Below the pieces are notes generated by a model. It was given only the letters and a program-made list of their open reading frames with translations, made no database searches and had not been told where the DNA came from. A DNA stretch of 60,996 nt, the filler included, from Hausera hauseri (lineage: Eukaryota): the NCBI GenBank assembly GCA_046269625.1. It is 12 parts of 12 records of this genome, joined end to end, with 100 filler letters (N's around TTAATTAATTAA, not from the genome) between each part and the next. Parts side by side here need not be neighbours in the genome. Positions count along the whole stretch, not along the records: positions 11,374 to 15,983 come from JBJURY010506130.1; positions 16,084 to 20,171 come from JBJURY010769650.1; positions 20,272 to 24,864 come from JBJURY010513239.1; 9 more parts are not named here. One strand, given 5' to 3'. The position numbers and the translations under genes were made by a program. Shown in pieces: positions 13,190 through 24,964 of the stretch. Numbering within the stretch: position 1 is the first letter of the stretch; every line of letters begins with the position of its first letter.

Positions 13190-13560
13190 TTCCTGACATT
13201 GTTATGTTAGTCATTAGACTGGTCAACCATCCCTCTCTACATTGAACCCAATTTCCTAACGTATATTTTAAAATTTTGACGGCTGTCTTTATATTTCGTT
13301 TGATTTCTTCTAAGTTTTGAGTTGGATGGTTGATTACTATTATTTTGTATAGAATGTAAAATATAGCAGGTTACGCTTTCTCTCGTATAATACCTGTTGC
13401 GAACATCTTTTCTAAAATATCTAGTTCATGTAATTCGTTTATCCGTTCTTCATCTAGATTTTCATAGAATTGCCTACTAATCCGTAACATATTATTACGC
13501 AAGGTTTGAAATAGGTCATCAGGAATTATCACTTGCATGTCAAAGGAGGCGAATGATATA
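13190..13560 (-). pseudogene. BCL-2 family domain (BH3/BH1/BH2-like), one in-frame stop
   Basis: LFQTLRNNMLRISRQF (BH3-like); EKMFATGIIREKA*PAIFYILYKII (cf. Bax MFSDGNFNWGRVVALFYFASKLV); VKILKYTLGNWVQCREGWLTSL (BH2 LxxWIxxxGGW pattern); all in one frame. Confidence 0.68.
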
Positions 13561-13689
13561 TGTAGTTTAGCCAATGAAGTTCTTAATAAGGGATCTATAT
13601 CTACAGATTCAGGTGTAACATTTGTTCCTGCTAATAATAGACGTCATACTATTTCTTTGTTTCTATATTTCCTGTTACGAATATCATTT

Positions 13690-14030
13690 ATCTTTGTTCC
13701 TTTTGGTCTACCTTTTCTTTTAGTTTCGGTTTGGACTGTAACGTCTTACGTACCGCCTGCGGGAGGACCTTCTACTTCTTGTGGTTCAATTTCTCTTAGG
13801 ATATTATCCATTGTTGCCTGCGCTCTCGCCTCTGGGTGTATTTCGGTTATAGTTATTGGATTGTAGTTTGCCCTTTTGCATCCAATTCTCAATAATTTAT
13901 CATAACTATAGAGTGTCCTTCCATAATAATTCAATTTATAAGGACTCCCTTGGTACAATGGTTCCAACTCCTCTATCTTTTCCCGTAAAGATTGTATGTC
14001 ATCTGTTTCGTTCATTCGGATAACCCTCAT
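13690..14030 (-). pseudogene. Ubiquitin-like domain followed by AT-hook
   Basis: DDIQSLREKIEE...YKLNYYGRTLYSYDKLLRIG (UBL-like), then in frame past a stop TKRKGRPKG; homologous to 49350-49700. Confidence 0.6.
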
Positions 14031-14662
14031 ATCTTGATTTCCTTCTCTTACTGTTATCCTAATAGCTTCATTTCTTCCTTCTCGTCTTCGGCGGCTTTGG
14101 CTAATACTGTCCTTGCTATTTCTCTCACAGGACTAGTATCGTGGGCTAGTAATACCAATTGTGATAAAATTTCATGCATCCTTTCCGCTATTACTTTATT
14201 GGTAATTACCTTCAATATCATAGTAGTCGCTTTATCTACATCAATTATATTATTAAGGTCAATAGTCATTACTGATTAAATAATATCGTCTTCTTCGTCT
14301 AGATCTACACCTGGATTCTTTATTACTTGTTCTAATATAGCTTCATCAAATATTGGTGTAGTTTGAACTTCGTCCTGATCAAATGAGTGTGTACTGAGAT
14401 TACTCTTCTTTCTTCCTCTTTTCTTTTCCTTTCCTACCTCTTCTCCCTCTGTTGATATTTCCCTTGATCCAACATTTATGTCAATTATTTTCTTATTACC
14501 TTTCTTTCTTCCTTGACGGGTTACCTTTTTCTCTGGTTGCTCCCCTACCATATAAATACTATTATCTTTCAGCCTCTTTTGTTGTGTTTTATAGCCTTTC
14601 ACTTCCATCTCCAATTGTTTCTTCATGCGTTGAGATAACGTATCGGTTATATAATTAACACT

Positions 14663-15640
14663 TTACTTCTTTTTATTTTTAGCTTTAGGTTCACAATCCT
14701 CTGTTTCATATTCTTTATCAGATGATTCTTCTGATGTGGCTGATGTATAATCTTTCTTCTGTTCTTTATTCTTATTACTAGGTTTCGAAGAATCCTCTAT
14801 TCGTAATCTGCATAATTTCGCGATATGCTTATATTTGTTACAATTAAAACATTTCAGTCTTCCTTCTGAGTCTATACTTGGTAATGCTGTTTTATTTTTT
14901 TTAGATTTCTTTTTATAATTTGTCTTTTCTCCATCGTTACGTAACTTAAATCTTACCTTCTTTTCTACGTCTGACTCAGCTTCCATAGCTGACGTTTGTG
15001 ATGGGCTTCCCTTTCTTTAGTAACGTTAATATTTTTGTGTGCCATTATTTCTTTTTTATCGTAGTTATTATTGCCATTTTTAGACTTATTCCACCTATAT
15101 AGTTCCCCGTCTCGTTCGGCCTTTCGCCCCTTCCTTATTGCTTCCTGGAACGGAAGCGGGTCTGCATGTGAGATTATCATCCTTAATCTTTCTTCCAATC
15201 CATACTGGAATTGGGCTAACAGGGCATTATTTCTTATTGTAACTTCACGATATGCTCTAGCTGCCAACTTTTCCAAAGCGCAGAAAAAATCTTCGACTGT
15301 TTCGTCTTTACGTTGCCTCCTTTTTATGAATTCTTCGATTCTTCCCTTCCCAGAGGGATGTATAAGAAACTTTTGAGGCAGTTTTTCTTTATTTCCTTTC
15401 CAGTCCCTCCTGTCATTGTCTGGCATTTGAAAATATATCATGAGAGCTGTTCCTTTTAAATGGAGGGGTAATCTTTCTACTCTTTGTTTATTATCCCATC
15501 CAAAACTCTTGGAATATATTTCATATTCCATCATAAAATCTTGTAAGTCTTCTTTGTCCGAAAATTTCTTCACTGGTAATGTGAAATCAGCCTTCGACTG
15601 AATCACCTGCTCTACATTATAATTCCCATTACTTCGTCTT
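14663..15640 (-). pseudogene. gag: Ty3/Gypsy-type Gag (capsid plus CCHC zinc knuckle), frameshifted
   Basis: LPLHLKGTAL, RRQRKDETVEDF..ALEKLA..AY, QFQYGL, CFNCNKYKHIAKLC. Confidence 0.88.
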
Positions 15641-15756
15641 CACTTAAATTTCGTAAATATTCTACTCCGAAAGGCTCGTTTTCTTCTGGTTGGTATAACG
15701 TTCGTTTTCTTGTCGTAATTTTGCTATTTATAATCTAAATGTCGTTAAATAAAATA

Positions 15757-15772
15757 CCGGGTCACGGCACCA
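15757..15772 (-). promoter_or_regulatory. Primer-binding site complementary to tRNA-His 3' end
   Basis: Minus strand TGGTGCCGTGACCCGG, 3 nt after the LTR end (...GAACA). Confidence 0.8.
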
Positions 15773-15775
15773 GTT

Positions 15776-15983
15776 TGTTCAGTCCTCAGTAATTACGTTG
15801 GGAGAGACTTGAATAAATGATTAATTAATGGGGAGAACAAATTTGCTTTACTTATTTACTTATTCGTTACACGAGGGGGCTAAGGTGTCTTACCTAATTA
15901 TATAGTCAGTAATATGTAAAAGCGATACTCGTTACTTAACTTTTACTTTCTTACTGGTTAACATATTATTATTTATGATTATA
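15776..15983 (-). repeat. 5' LTR (U5 end), truncated by gap
   Basis: Ends in CA before the PBS; similar to 46857-47080 (TGTTCA.TC.TCA.TAATTAC..TGGGAGAGACTT...GGGAGAACAAAT). Confidence 0.75.
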
Positions 15984-16083
15984 NNNNNNNNNNNNNNNNN
16001 NNNNNNNNNNNNNNNNNNNNNNNNNNNTTAATTAATTAANNNNNNNNNNNNNNNNNNNNNNNNNNNNNNNNNNNNNNNNNNNN

Positions 16084-16224
16084 TGAAACCACGACTGCAC
16101 CAATCAATATATTGATTTTCAAAATCAATTATTGATTTTTAAATTTCCCCATATAAATTTTCCATACAATATTGATTATCGATCCTGGGGGGGGGTTGGT
16201 GCAGTGTCCTCACTTCCCCCTACT
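16084..16224 (-). mobile_element. Polinton-type terminus abutting a pPolB fragment
   Basis: ...GTGTCCTCACTTCCCCCTACT; subterminal palindromes such as ATCAATATATTGAT. Confidence 0.55.
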
Positions 16225-16467
16225 CTTAATATGCGCATGACCTGTTCATCCAGAAACAAATAAGATTTAATGGTGTCCGCTGTGCTTGCATGAATTCAGA
16301 TCAGAAGCGACATGGGAGAAGCATGTGGAGCTGTGTAGACAGAATGCATCAGGAACAACAATGTATGTCACGCCCGTGTATGCATATGTAATATATGCCG
16401 ATATCGAGGCAATTCTACCGCGGCACAACATCTACGACTAAAAGCACATACCAGTCGCCGTCGGTAT
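16225..16467 (+). pseudogene. pPolB fragment (zinc finger / exo I), same family as 53040-56390
   Basis: WCPLCLHEFRSEATWEKHVELCRQN...YVIYADIEAIL...HIPVAVGI matches ORF 55166-55675. Confidence 0.88.
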
Positions 16468-18619
16468 TGTGATGCCCACAGCGGCCGGCGCCCTCTGGCC
16501 CATTCGGTTGGGCACGGCCCGGTTTTCGCTGCCGGCGCGTTGGGCACATAGACAGGCCCCGATCTCCCGCCAAAATAGTATGGAAAAATTTGAAAGGCAA
16601 TCAGAGCTTGTTGAACACATCTGCATGTCATATCAGTAGTAATGAAAACAGTCTTTTGTGTGTCGATGGAAAGATTGTGTTCATGCTGGTCGTCCTTTTC
16701 GAACTCAGTGATTCAACTTACAGTAGTATTGCAAAACTTCCAAAATTGAGTCAGGAAAATTCGACTAATGCAAATCGTGAATAATCTGATTGTCCGGCAT
16801 TTAAGCGGCAAAGAACATTTAGAAATGATCCATAATTCCAGCGAAAAACATGATACATCTCTTCTAATAGATGGTTTTTCCGACAAAAACGAAGAAACCA
16901 CCGTAAATCTAAAGTTAAACAATGTTTCCATATGGAGTCTTAATGGGCCAAATAAAGAAGGATCGTGTGGAATTTTTCCATTCATTCCGAAGAGATCATA
17001 CGGACAAAGTGTTGTGGATCTGATTTAACATCTACGATCAAACGGAAAGTATGATACCGATGATTTAGAAGTCAATTGCTTAACCAGTCGACAACGAAGC
17101 TTCTCTCCCATTTTTCTATTTTCAAATAGCTATAAACGTCGTGGATCGTTCTTTTCTTCTAGAAGCCGAGTTTAGACTCCACCATCGTGTAAAATGACTC
17201 ATTGTAATGTGAAAAGTCGTCATTTTGTTCTCCACTCAAGATATTCGATACTGCTAAATACAATTTATTTGATGCAGCTAGTAACTTCTTTGAAGGAAAT
17301 CTAAGATTCAGCAACAGTTTTGCCACGGTTAACTCATATCAAAACTCAACAACGCGTTTCATCCCGTTCTAACACCACCTGTTTCACCCTTGTATGGCAC
17401 ATAAGCAGATAACAGTGAAAACCAGCCAATCAGCCACAGTGAATATGAAAACCTTTCGAATAACATTGCCAAATTCTATATTCCACCATCCGGGTATGAT
17501 GATTTAGATATGGCAAATGTTTTTCGCCCAAACAAAGGTGATGAAATCAATTTTTACAATAGTCGATGAAAGACCCACAAAGATATCAATGCGTGTCAGA
17601 TAGAACTCAGCATTTTATAAATGATACCAGTAGTACACTCGAATCTCCTGTGGATCCAATAGGCTTAGAATCTTTAACTGTTAAACGCCCTGTATCTGTG
17701 AATCTTTATACTGAGGAATTATCAAAGAAAGGCAAAAGTCTTATTAATCCATTCGAGAATTATAATGTATTTGATTTTTATGGTGTTCAAATGAGTCCTC
17801 TTATGGAACAGTCTCTGGAAAATTTCTCCAGTAAAACAACACTCTCATCGTTATCTCTCCACAGACTTAATCGTATGATGTCGTCAGAGGATTCGTGTAC
17901 AAAATCGCCTTTATCCGTAGAACCTATTCCATCTTTGGATAAGTTGGAAATACCTTCCAGTGATAAAGCTTTTAATTAAAAATTTTCTTTGGTCAAAAAT
18001 GAATACAGCTTTTGACGATTATGAGACATTTGAATAAAATGTCGTTTCCAGATTTTATATATTTCAATTCTTTATGTAAATAGTTGTTTATTGGCTTTCA
18101 GTTAAAGGCGCTAATTCAATTTATTATGTGATGTATTTTCATTTGCTGATGAATGGCTTTTTATTGTAACTGATTGATTTTGTATATTTTGTCCAGGCAA
18201 AACTTTGAATATTTTACTGTACTTATTCTTCAATGGCCCTTCAATACACACAATGTTTTATGTAAAAATTAGTTTTAATATTGTAAATTTATTTGCGAAA
18301 AAACTTTTTTTTGAATAAATCGATTATTAGCAACCATTTTCCTTTTAATTGTAGATCTCAACTTTAAATTTTTTAACTATATTGTGCAGTGGAATTTCTT
18401 TTAGACTCTGCTATTTGAATTGATTTGATAATCATTTTATTTCTAAAAGTTGAAATTTGGATTTACTGGCTATTATTGAATTTAATCGTTATTCCTTTTT
18501 GGATTTATAGCGTGTCTAATTCTGATTTTTGTGCCGACTGATATATTCTATGTTAATTACATATGTCTTTGGTAAAAATGACAACATTTGTTTTCTTTTA
18601 TTTCAGAATACGCAGTGCA
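16468..18619 (+). mobile_element. Putative cargo-bearing LTR (GC-rich head plus host-like processed sequence)
   Basis: Starts TGTGATGCCCAC exactly where pPolB homology stops; head strongly similar to 57123-57230. The right end ...GTGCA-AC-TGG is tentative. Confidence 0.5.
16590..17979 (+). pseudogene. Intronless host-like coding fragment (weak RGS12/14-Loco RBD/GoLoco resemblance), Ser-rich tail and 3' UTR
   Basis: VLFELSD, NLIVRHLSGKEHLEM, VVDLI*HLRSN; ORF 17566-17979 followed by AATAAA signals. Confidence 0.3.
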
Positions 18620-18639
18620 ACTGGGTCCATATGGTTCAA

Positions 18640-20171
18640 GCAATGTTGCTGCTTCTTGTTCGCGTCTGTTTGGTTTATTTACGTAAGTTATTTCCAGACA
18701 TTTTTTCGGGGTTATATTGAATACAGTAAACTTTGAACATAAACCGTTGTTTATATTTTAGCTCTATTCTTGTGTCTTCTGGTAGTTTTGAATAATCTTG
18801 AAATATAGTGTGTAATTTTCGTCCTTTGATGAAGGTTGAAATTAGATTTTGTTCCAATTAAGGTGCTGAGGTCAATCGTGCCAATACGTTGGTTATACAT
18901 AATGCTAATATGCATGAGAATAATACCACTTTGCTAAGTTTTAGTTGTATGCCTTGGCCTTGATAGTTTATCGAAACACTTTCGGTATTTTGTTCGTTGT
19001 CCAATTCGATAGAGTTTTCATTTGTAATAAACTTCTCGTTAGATGTGGAATTCAAATCATCTAATTCAGTAAGATTTTNNNNNNNNNNCAGTGTGAAATT
19101 TGAGATGAGTCGGTGTAATTTTTTAATATTTTCATCCATTTTCGTCCAAGTGTCCCTATCTCTGATAGGGCCTCAAAATTTATTCTTCTTGTTCTTTAAA
19201 TATTGGTTTATATTGGTAATTTGTTTATATATTTTTGTAGGATATTGTAGGCAAAACATCTTAGTTAATGGAATTTCTTTTTTTGGCAAATCTATTAAGT
19301 AATCTATTAAGTAGCCTCTTTTATTTTGTGATAAATTGACTTGGGTTAGTCCTAAATAAGTAATAATTTTATTAATCAATCTAGTACCGAATATTGCATT
19401 AGACTTTACCCCATATTTCTGAGCAAGTGCGTCCATTCTTGCATCATGCAGTTGCACTGACCAATGATAAATCTCTATAGTACTCGCTTGCGTTAAGTTA
19501 ATTACCTCTTCATCAATTACTTTTATCCCTTTGGATTGGTTCTTATTTTTATTGAAACTGTGAAGAACTTGTATCATGTATTGTCAAATTTCCTCTGTGT
19601 CGAAGTCGGGTGTTAAAACAAAGTTATTAATATGGAAATGATCTACTATTTGTTGCAATAAACTCTGATGATAATATTCATTAAGGCAGTAAAAGTAGTT
19701 TACATACTGGCTTTTGATGCAACTGATCGTTTCTCCTGGTACGTCATGATGATTCAGGCCAATTTCCCATACAACCTGGTATATCCATCTATCTACTTCT
19801 GGAGTCGGCTTTGATAATGCTTCCAAGCTTTTATTTAAAAGTTTGGTGAAACGTACTTTTCTACTAGTAACCTTTGACAATGGTAGTGGCGTCGTTTGTA
19901 ATTTCTTTGTACAACACTTTTTATCTTGCGTATCTGGATTTTCTTCCGTGATCATTTTTCTTCTAATCAAGATATCTGAATAGTTATCAGAACATTTTCT
20001 CATCATGTCATAATAATCGAAGTTGAGACACAGTATTGGATTACGTGATCGATATCTCTCCATGTCGAATAAGTAATTCAACACAGCTTGTTTCTCTTTC
20101 GTAATTTCAAGATTTTCTTCATCTACACAATGGATAAACAATCTTTGCCATTCTCTTTTAATGGCCTGTTC
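18640..20171 (-). pseudogene. Long decayed ORF of unknown function with an internal signal/TM segment
   Basis: ORFs 19584-20141, 19173-19577, 18858-19139 and 18675-18857 continue in one frame across single stops; hydrophobic VVLFSCILALCITNVLA. Confidence 0.45.
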
Positions 20172-23100
20172 NNNNNNNNNNNNNNNNNNNNNNNNNNNNN
20201 NNNNNNNNNNNNNNNTTAATTAATTAANNNNNNNNNNNNNNNNNNNNNNNNNNNNNNNNNNNNNNNNNNNNTCCACACAGGCTTTTAATAACGTAAATGA
20301 TCAGAATCTGATGGTAACGCCTCAAGTAAATATTCTACATATTTCTCACAAATCAGAACAATATTTACCTAAAATTTGCCTTAGGGTTAGTAAAGATCAT
20401 GTGATAACAGGCACGTCATGTTTAGGTCAGTTTTTGTGTGCTTCTTAACACCATGTAGCTCTTCAGTTTGCTGTGTTGATGTCTCCTGTTGTATAATAAT
20501 CAATACAAAGTACTATAATACAAGCAGCCAGCGAAACCAGAAACAAGATGAATGCCTAAACCTAATTATTAAACAAAGAACACTATGTCGGATGAAATTC
20601 TGACATTTTTTTAGTTCAATTAAATCTACCATTCACCTGGCTTCATTTGGAGATATCAGAAAATCACGGCAACTGCAAACGAATCAAACGACCAGATGGG
20701 CTCCATCTTGCAGATTTAAGAGCTTGTTCACACGCAAACGAAGGGTATAAATAAATAAACAGACGTGTTCTTCTTTCTGTATTTAGAGGGATCCCAGTCC
20801 TCTTCTGTTATGAAAATGTTCAGAAAATCCCAAAGGGGGGAATAACTTAAGCAAAATATGCAAATAAATCCCTAACAGTATTTAATTATATAAACTGTAA
20901 GATACATTTTTAAATCATGTATTATTTGTGGATATAAGTTTATATGTAATGTTTCTAAATAATTAAAAAATCATGGCATAAGGTACTGGAAATAAAAATC
21001 ATTTGTTCATAAAGATATATGTATTTCGGTGGTAATCCCTTTTAAAACTAGCACTTCCTTGTTTAAATAGATTCTAAAATTATGCAATTTCGGCTGCCAA
21101 ATGGGAAAATTTAGCTATATATTTTGTGGCTTGTTTAAATTCACTCAAACAAATTTTTATCTTTGATAAAATTACTGTCACTATTTTGATCAATGTTCAA
21201 CTGATATACGATTTATATGCTGTTATTGCTCAAGATAACCCGGAAGGTTGTATCGTCCGAGGACAATGATTGTGAGTACAATTTTGTACCATTAATAATA
21301 ATATTTTTAATAACAAATGTATTATTAAATTATTAACATATTATTATAAAATAATATGAAAAAGTTAATTTCATTATATGAATTAAGAAGTAATAAATTC
21401 CTCTTTACGGACGAAAGCGTAAAAATAAGAACAAAATTTTTGTGAAGTTGTTTTCAGTGGAAAAATATCTGAAAAATAATGAAAAAATAATGTATCTACT
21501 TACAAATTGAAAAGTAATAAATTTATCATTCTATGATAAATTTAATCATAACGGAAAAATATACGAATCCACTAATATAGGAAGGGGGAAAATTGAAGAA
21601 ATGTAAAATGACGTAACATTTAGAAGCCGATACTGCATAATCTTAGCTTTCCTTAAAAAGTTGTATTTAGTACCATTAATCAGCACAAAATTTTGAACAT
21701 GTACAACCTCTAGAACTTGTAAAACTTCGACTATGAGTAAGGTGCTGTTCCTTGTAAGTTTAATAAAGTTTTGTGGTCAAAAGATTTGATTTCTTATTAT
21801 TCTATTAATGCATGTCAAAGTAATTTAGACAAACAAAAAGCAAACCAGACAATTATACATTAAAATACTTTACTCATTGGCTAGATAAAGATACTCCAAT
21901 AATGCATCAAAGTCTACTGAAATTAACAACCTGAATATTTATTTACTACAACAATTATCTGCAAATAAAAATCCAATAAAAATCTATTTGCTTATTATAG
22001 TGCAAAATTAAAGTTTAAAACTCAACGACAAATTAAAGAATGGATAGCATTAAATCATGAGATAAAATTCTCAAATACAGGGAGCCGCAAAAATTACTAA
22101 TTGAACTTGTTAAACAACGAAGTAGACAGTTTATCAATCCGCATATTAATTATATCCGATATCAACATACACTGTTACATGTTAACTTTTTGACGACAGT
22201 TAGCCACCAACATAAAGCAAATGTTGCACATTGTAAATAAATATATAACGGATCTTCTTTTCAAATGACGGTCACATTTAGTTAATCACAACTGAAAACA
22301 GGGAAATATTTCCAAGTGGTAATTGCTACTCAGACTCGATAAAGGCGCCTACGCAGTAATTTGTATCTTATACATGTCTAAGTAAAATTATTTCAACATA
22401 TCTATCGACACAATCCCCACACAACTGAGAGTGTGTATCCATCCATTTTATTTGCCTTTTCTATCATCACATATGTAATTTGTTTAAAGCAGCTGCAAAG
22501 CACACACACGATCCAAATAATAACAATTGAGTAGGTAAAGTGAGTCACAGAATTGATTCATTCAATACAATATAAGCATTCTGCGTGCTTATTGGAAGTC
22601 GTATTTTTTAGTTTGGTGAATTAAGTAAGTTATATTTTGTTTTCGTATACTTCATAATAAAACACTTTATTTGAAATAAACAGTTGTATGTATTATGTAT
22701 ATATATATTTGATGTAGTGTATCTTCAGCCACACGAATGTACTTTTTAATTGTTTATAAATCCGTCGAAAACCATACAGAATTTGTTACTTAAAATAATC
22801 GGGTCGATAATCAATTTCTATTTAATGGCTTAATTGAGGATTAGACGTACTAGTGCGTATCAATGTTTGGATGTCTAGATCGCATAATTGAATTCTTTTT
22901 ACGATCGACAGCAGAGCGTATTAAGTGTGTTTCACAGCCCCTGTGTGCTAGTGGCGGTTTATCAGTTTCGTGTTCAATACAGCAGACTTTATTAGACTTC
23001 TTAAATAATGCTACAGTAGGATCATTTGAAATTTTTAGTATCTTAAAAGGAGATCAAAACCAGAAAAGATGAAATTTATTTCAGATTTACTGGAAGCAGT

Positions 23101-23450
23101 AATTCAAAGTATTAGTCGTTTTTCTAGTTGATTTATGATATTTTTTTGGTGTGGTGTTTTCTTTTCTTATGATTTTTGTCAACTAAGTTTTGTAAATTTT
23201 TTTGTAAGTTTATGTCTGTTATCAAGTGATTCAACGAATGTGACAATTATGCATTATATGACTATTTCATCACAAGAAAAATCGTTTATAATTTTATGTA
23301 CTGTTTATTGTTAAAGTTTATTAAAAAGATTAATAGTTTTTTAAATTTTGAATTGGAGAATAAAAGGATAATTCTGAATTCGTTTTATCTAGATCGCCCA
23401 TATCGTTATTTCGTTATTTAATTCATTTTATATACTTTATGGAATTATAA

Positions 23451-24808
23451 ATGGGCATGGCGAATTACGTCGATGTAAGATTAAACATTATAATAACAAA
23501 AGGAGAGTCATTCGAGAAGAAGACGCCCTATGGATCAAGTTCAAGGGTATTCGGAATTGGTTGGAAGGGGAATGCGAGTTTTGATGCAGGAAGTGAATGG
23601 ATGGGCATGGTGTTCCAATTCAAGGGTGTTTTATACAAAAGTAAAAGAAATTCGTTATATTATATCGATACAGATCATCCATTGTTGGTGGTAGAGCGTG
23701 GTTTGTGCTCCGCACCGTGATCCGCTGGCGCAAACCACGTGAGGCATTGGTCTTTCGAAGTGTCCATGTCTGTCTCCTTGTTTTCGGAGCTTATTCCTTT
23801 CGTTTGAATGTTGAAGTAAAAGGGGTAACCTTATGTGAAATATGCAAGATGAGGAGATGCAGTGGAGTAAATAAAATGAAACATCGTGACTATTTCGCAA
23901 AGGCGACGCTAAAATCGGGAGTTACGATATCTTGCGCCGAGGGCAATAAATATTTGAAAGGGCGAGACAAAAATGTCTATGTTTCTAAAAACGTGGAGAA
24001 TAGACGTCGATTAATAGAACCAGTCGTAACGGACTGGAGAGACCAATACATCAGAAGGTCCTCGTTCGAGACGAGTGACCTCAAGAAATTAAATGGATCA
24101 CAGGAATTTAAAAGAGATTTGAAGTTTAAAACTACTGAACCTCGAGTTAAAAGGATCTGTCGAGAACCAAATACCAATGGCGTAGAATGGGAAAAGACAT
24201 TGGAGGATTGCATACTGGAAGGAAATAAGTCTCAAAAATTGCGGGAGTCGTCTGAGAAGGATGAACGAGAAGAACTCAGTCTTAAGGATTTTGTGAAAGA
24301 AACAACAAAGACAGAGAAGAGAAAATTGACGATATTTCTTGAGAAAATTTAGGGAAAAATAATTGCAATATTAATCAAAATGTCGGAGAAAGTAGAGGAA
24401 CTGAAGTCGGTTGTCGAGGAAAGAGAAGGGATCCCAACAAACCAACAACGATTAATTTACAATGGAAAACAACTAAAGGATTCTCGGAAACTTAGTGAAT
24501 ATTATATTCAAAAGGATTCACCTGTTCATTTGCAGTTGCGATTAGAAGGTGGGAGTGAATTAACTGTGGACGAACTGGAAGATAGGATATCTCAGCGTCG
24601 TAAGTACATCAACGACCTTTCAGCGATTCGGGGGAAGTTAATGGATGTAAACTTGAATGATCATGAATACGAAATGTATCATGGAAAGTATGACAAGTCG
24701 TTTACCGAGCTTCAAGGGGAGTTGAGTATATTAGCCACCTGTAAGGTTCCACCTTACAAAATATTAAATAAATATTTTTCAAAAAATTTTGTAAAAATTA
24801 ATTTCTAA
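23451..24808 (+). pseudogene. Intronless polyprotein fragment with an internal ubiquitin/NEDD8-like domain
   Basis: [75 protein letters not shown], in frame with ORF 23705-24352, plus a C-terminal extension. Confidence 0.75.
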
Positions 24809-24964
24809 TTTACGTAACACATTATAAAATTTAAATCATAATCAAAAAATCCAAAATCACAAATNNNNNNNNNNNNNNNNNNNNNNNNNNNNNNNNNNNN
24901 NNNNNNNNTTAATTAATTAANNNNNNNNNNNNNNNNNNNNNNNNNNNNNNNNNNNNNNNNNNNN

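Larger units (their letters stand above)
11374..15983 (-). mobile_element. Pol-less LTR retroelement: LTR-PBS-gag-UBL-AT-hook-BCL2-env (decayed)
   Basis: Within a single contig: LTR end, tRNA-His PBS, Gag with CCHC knuckle, accessory domains, then envelope; no PR/RT/RH/IN motifs between gag and env. Confidence 0.8.

Noticed and set aside
6333-16224. Matching inverted Polinton termini as the two ends of one 10-kb element
   Set aside because: They lie on different contigs, flanks show no shared TSD, and the interior is unrelated TEs.
20272-23300. Possible host exons or membrane-protein fragment near 20450-20750
   Set aside because: No recognisable family or consistent splice structure; mostly AT-rich non-coding sequence.
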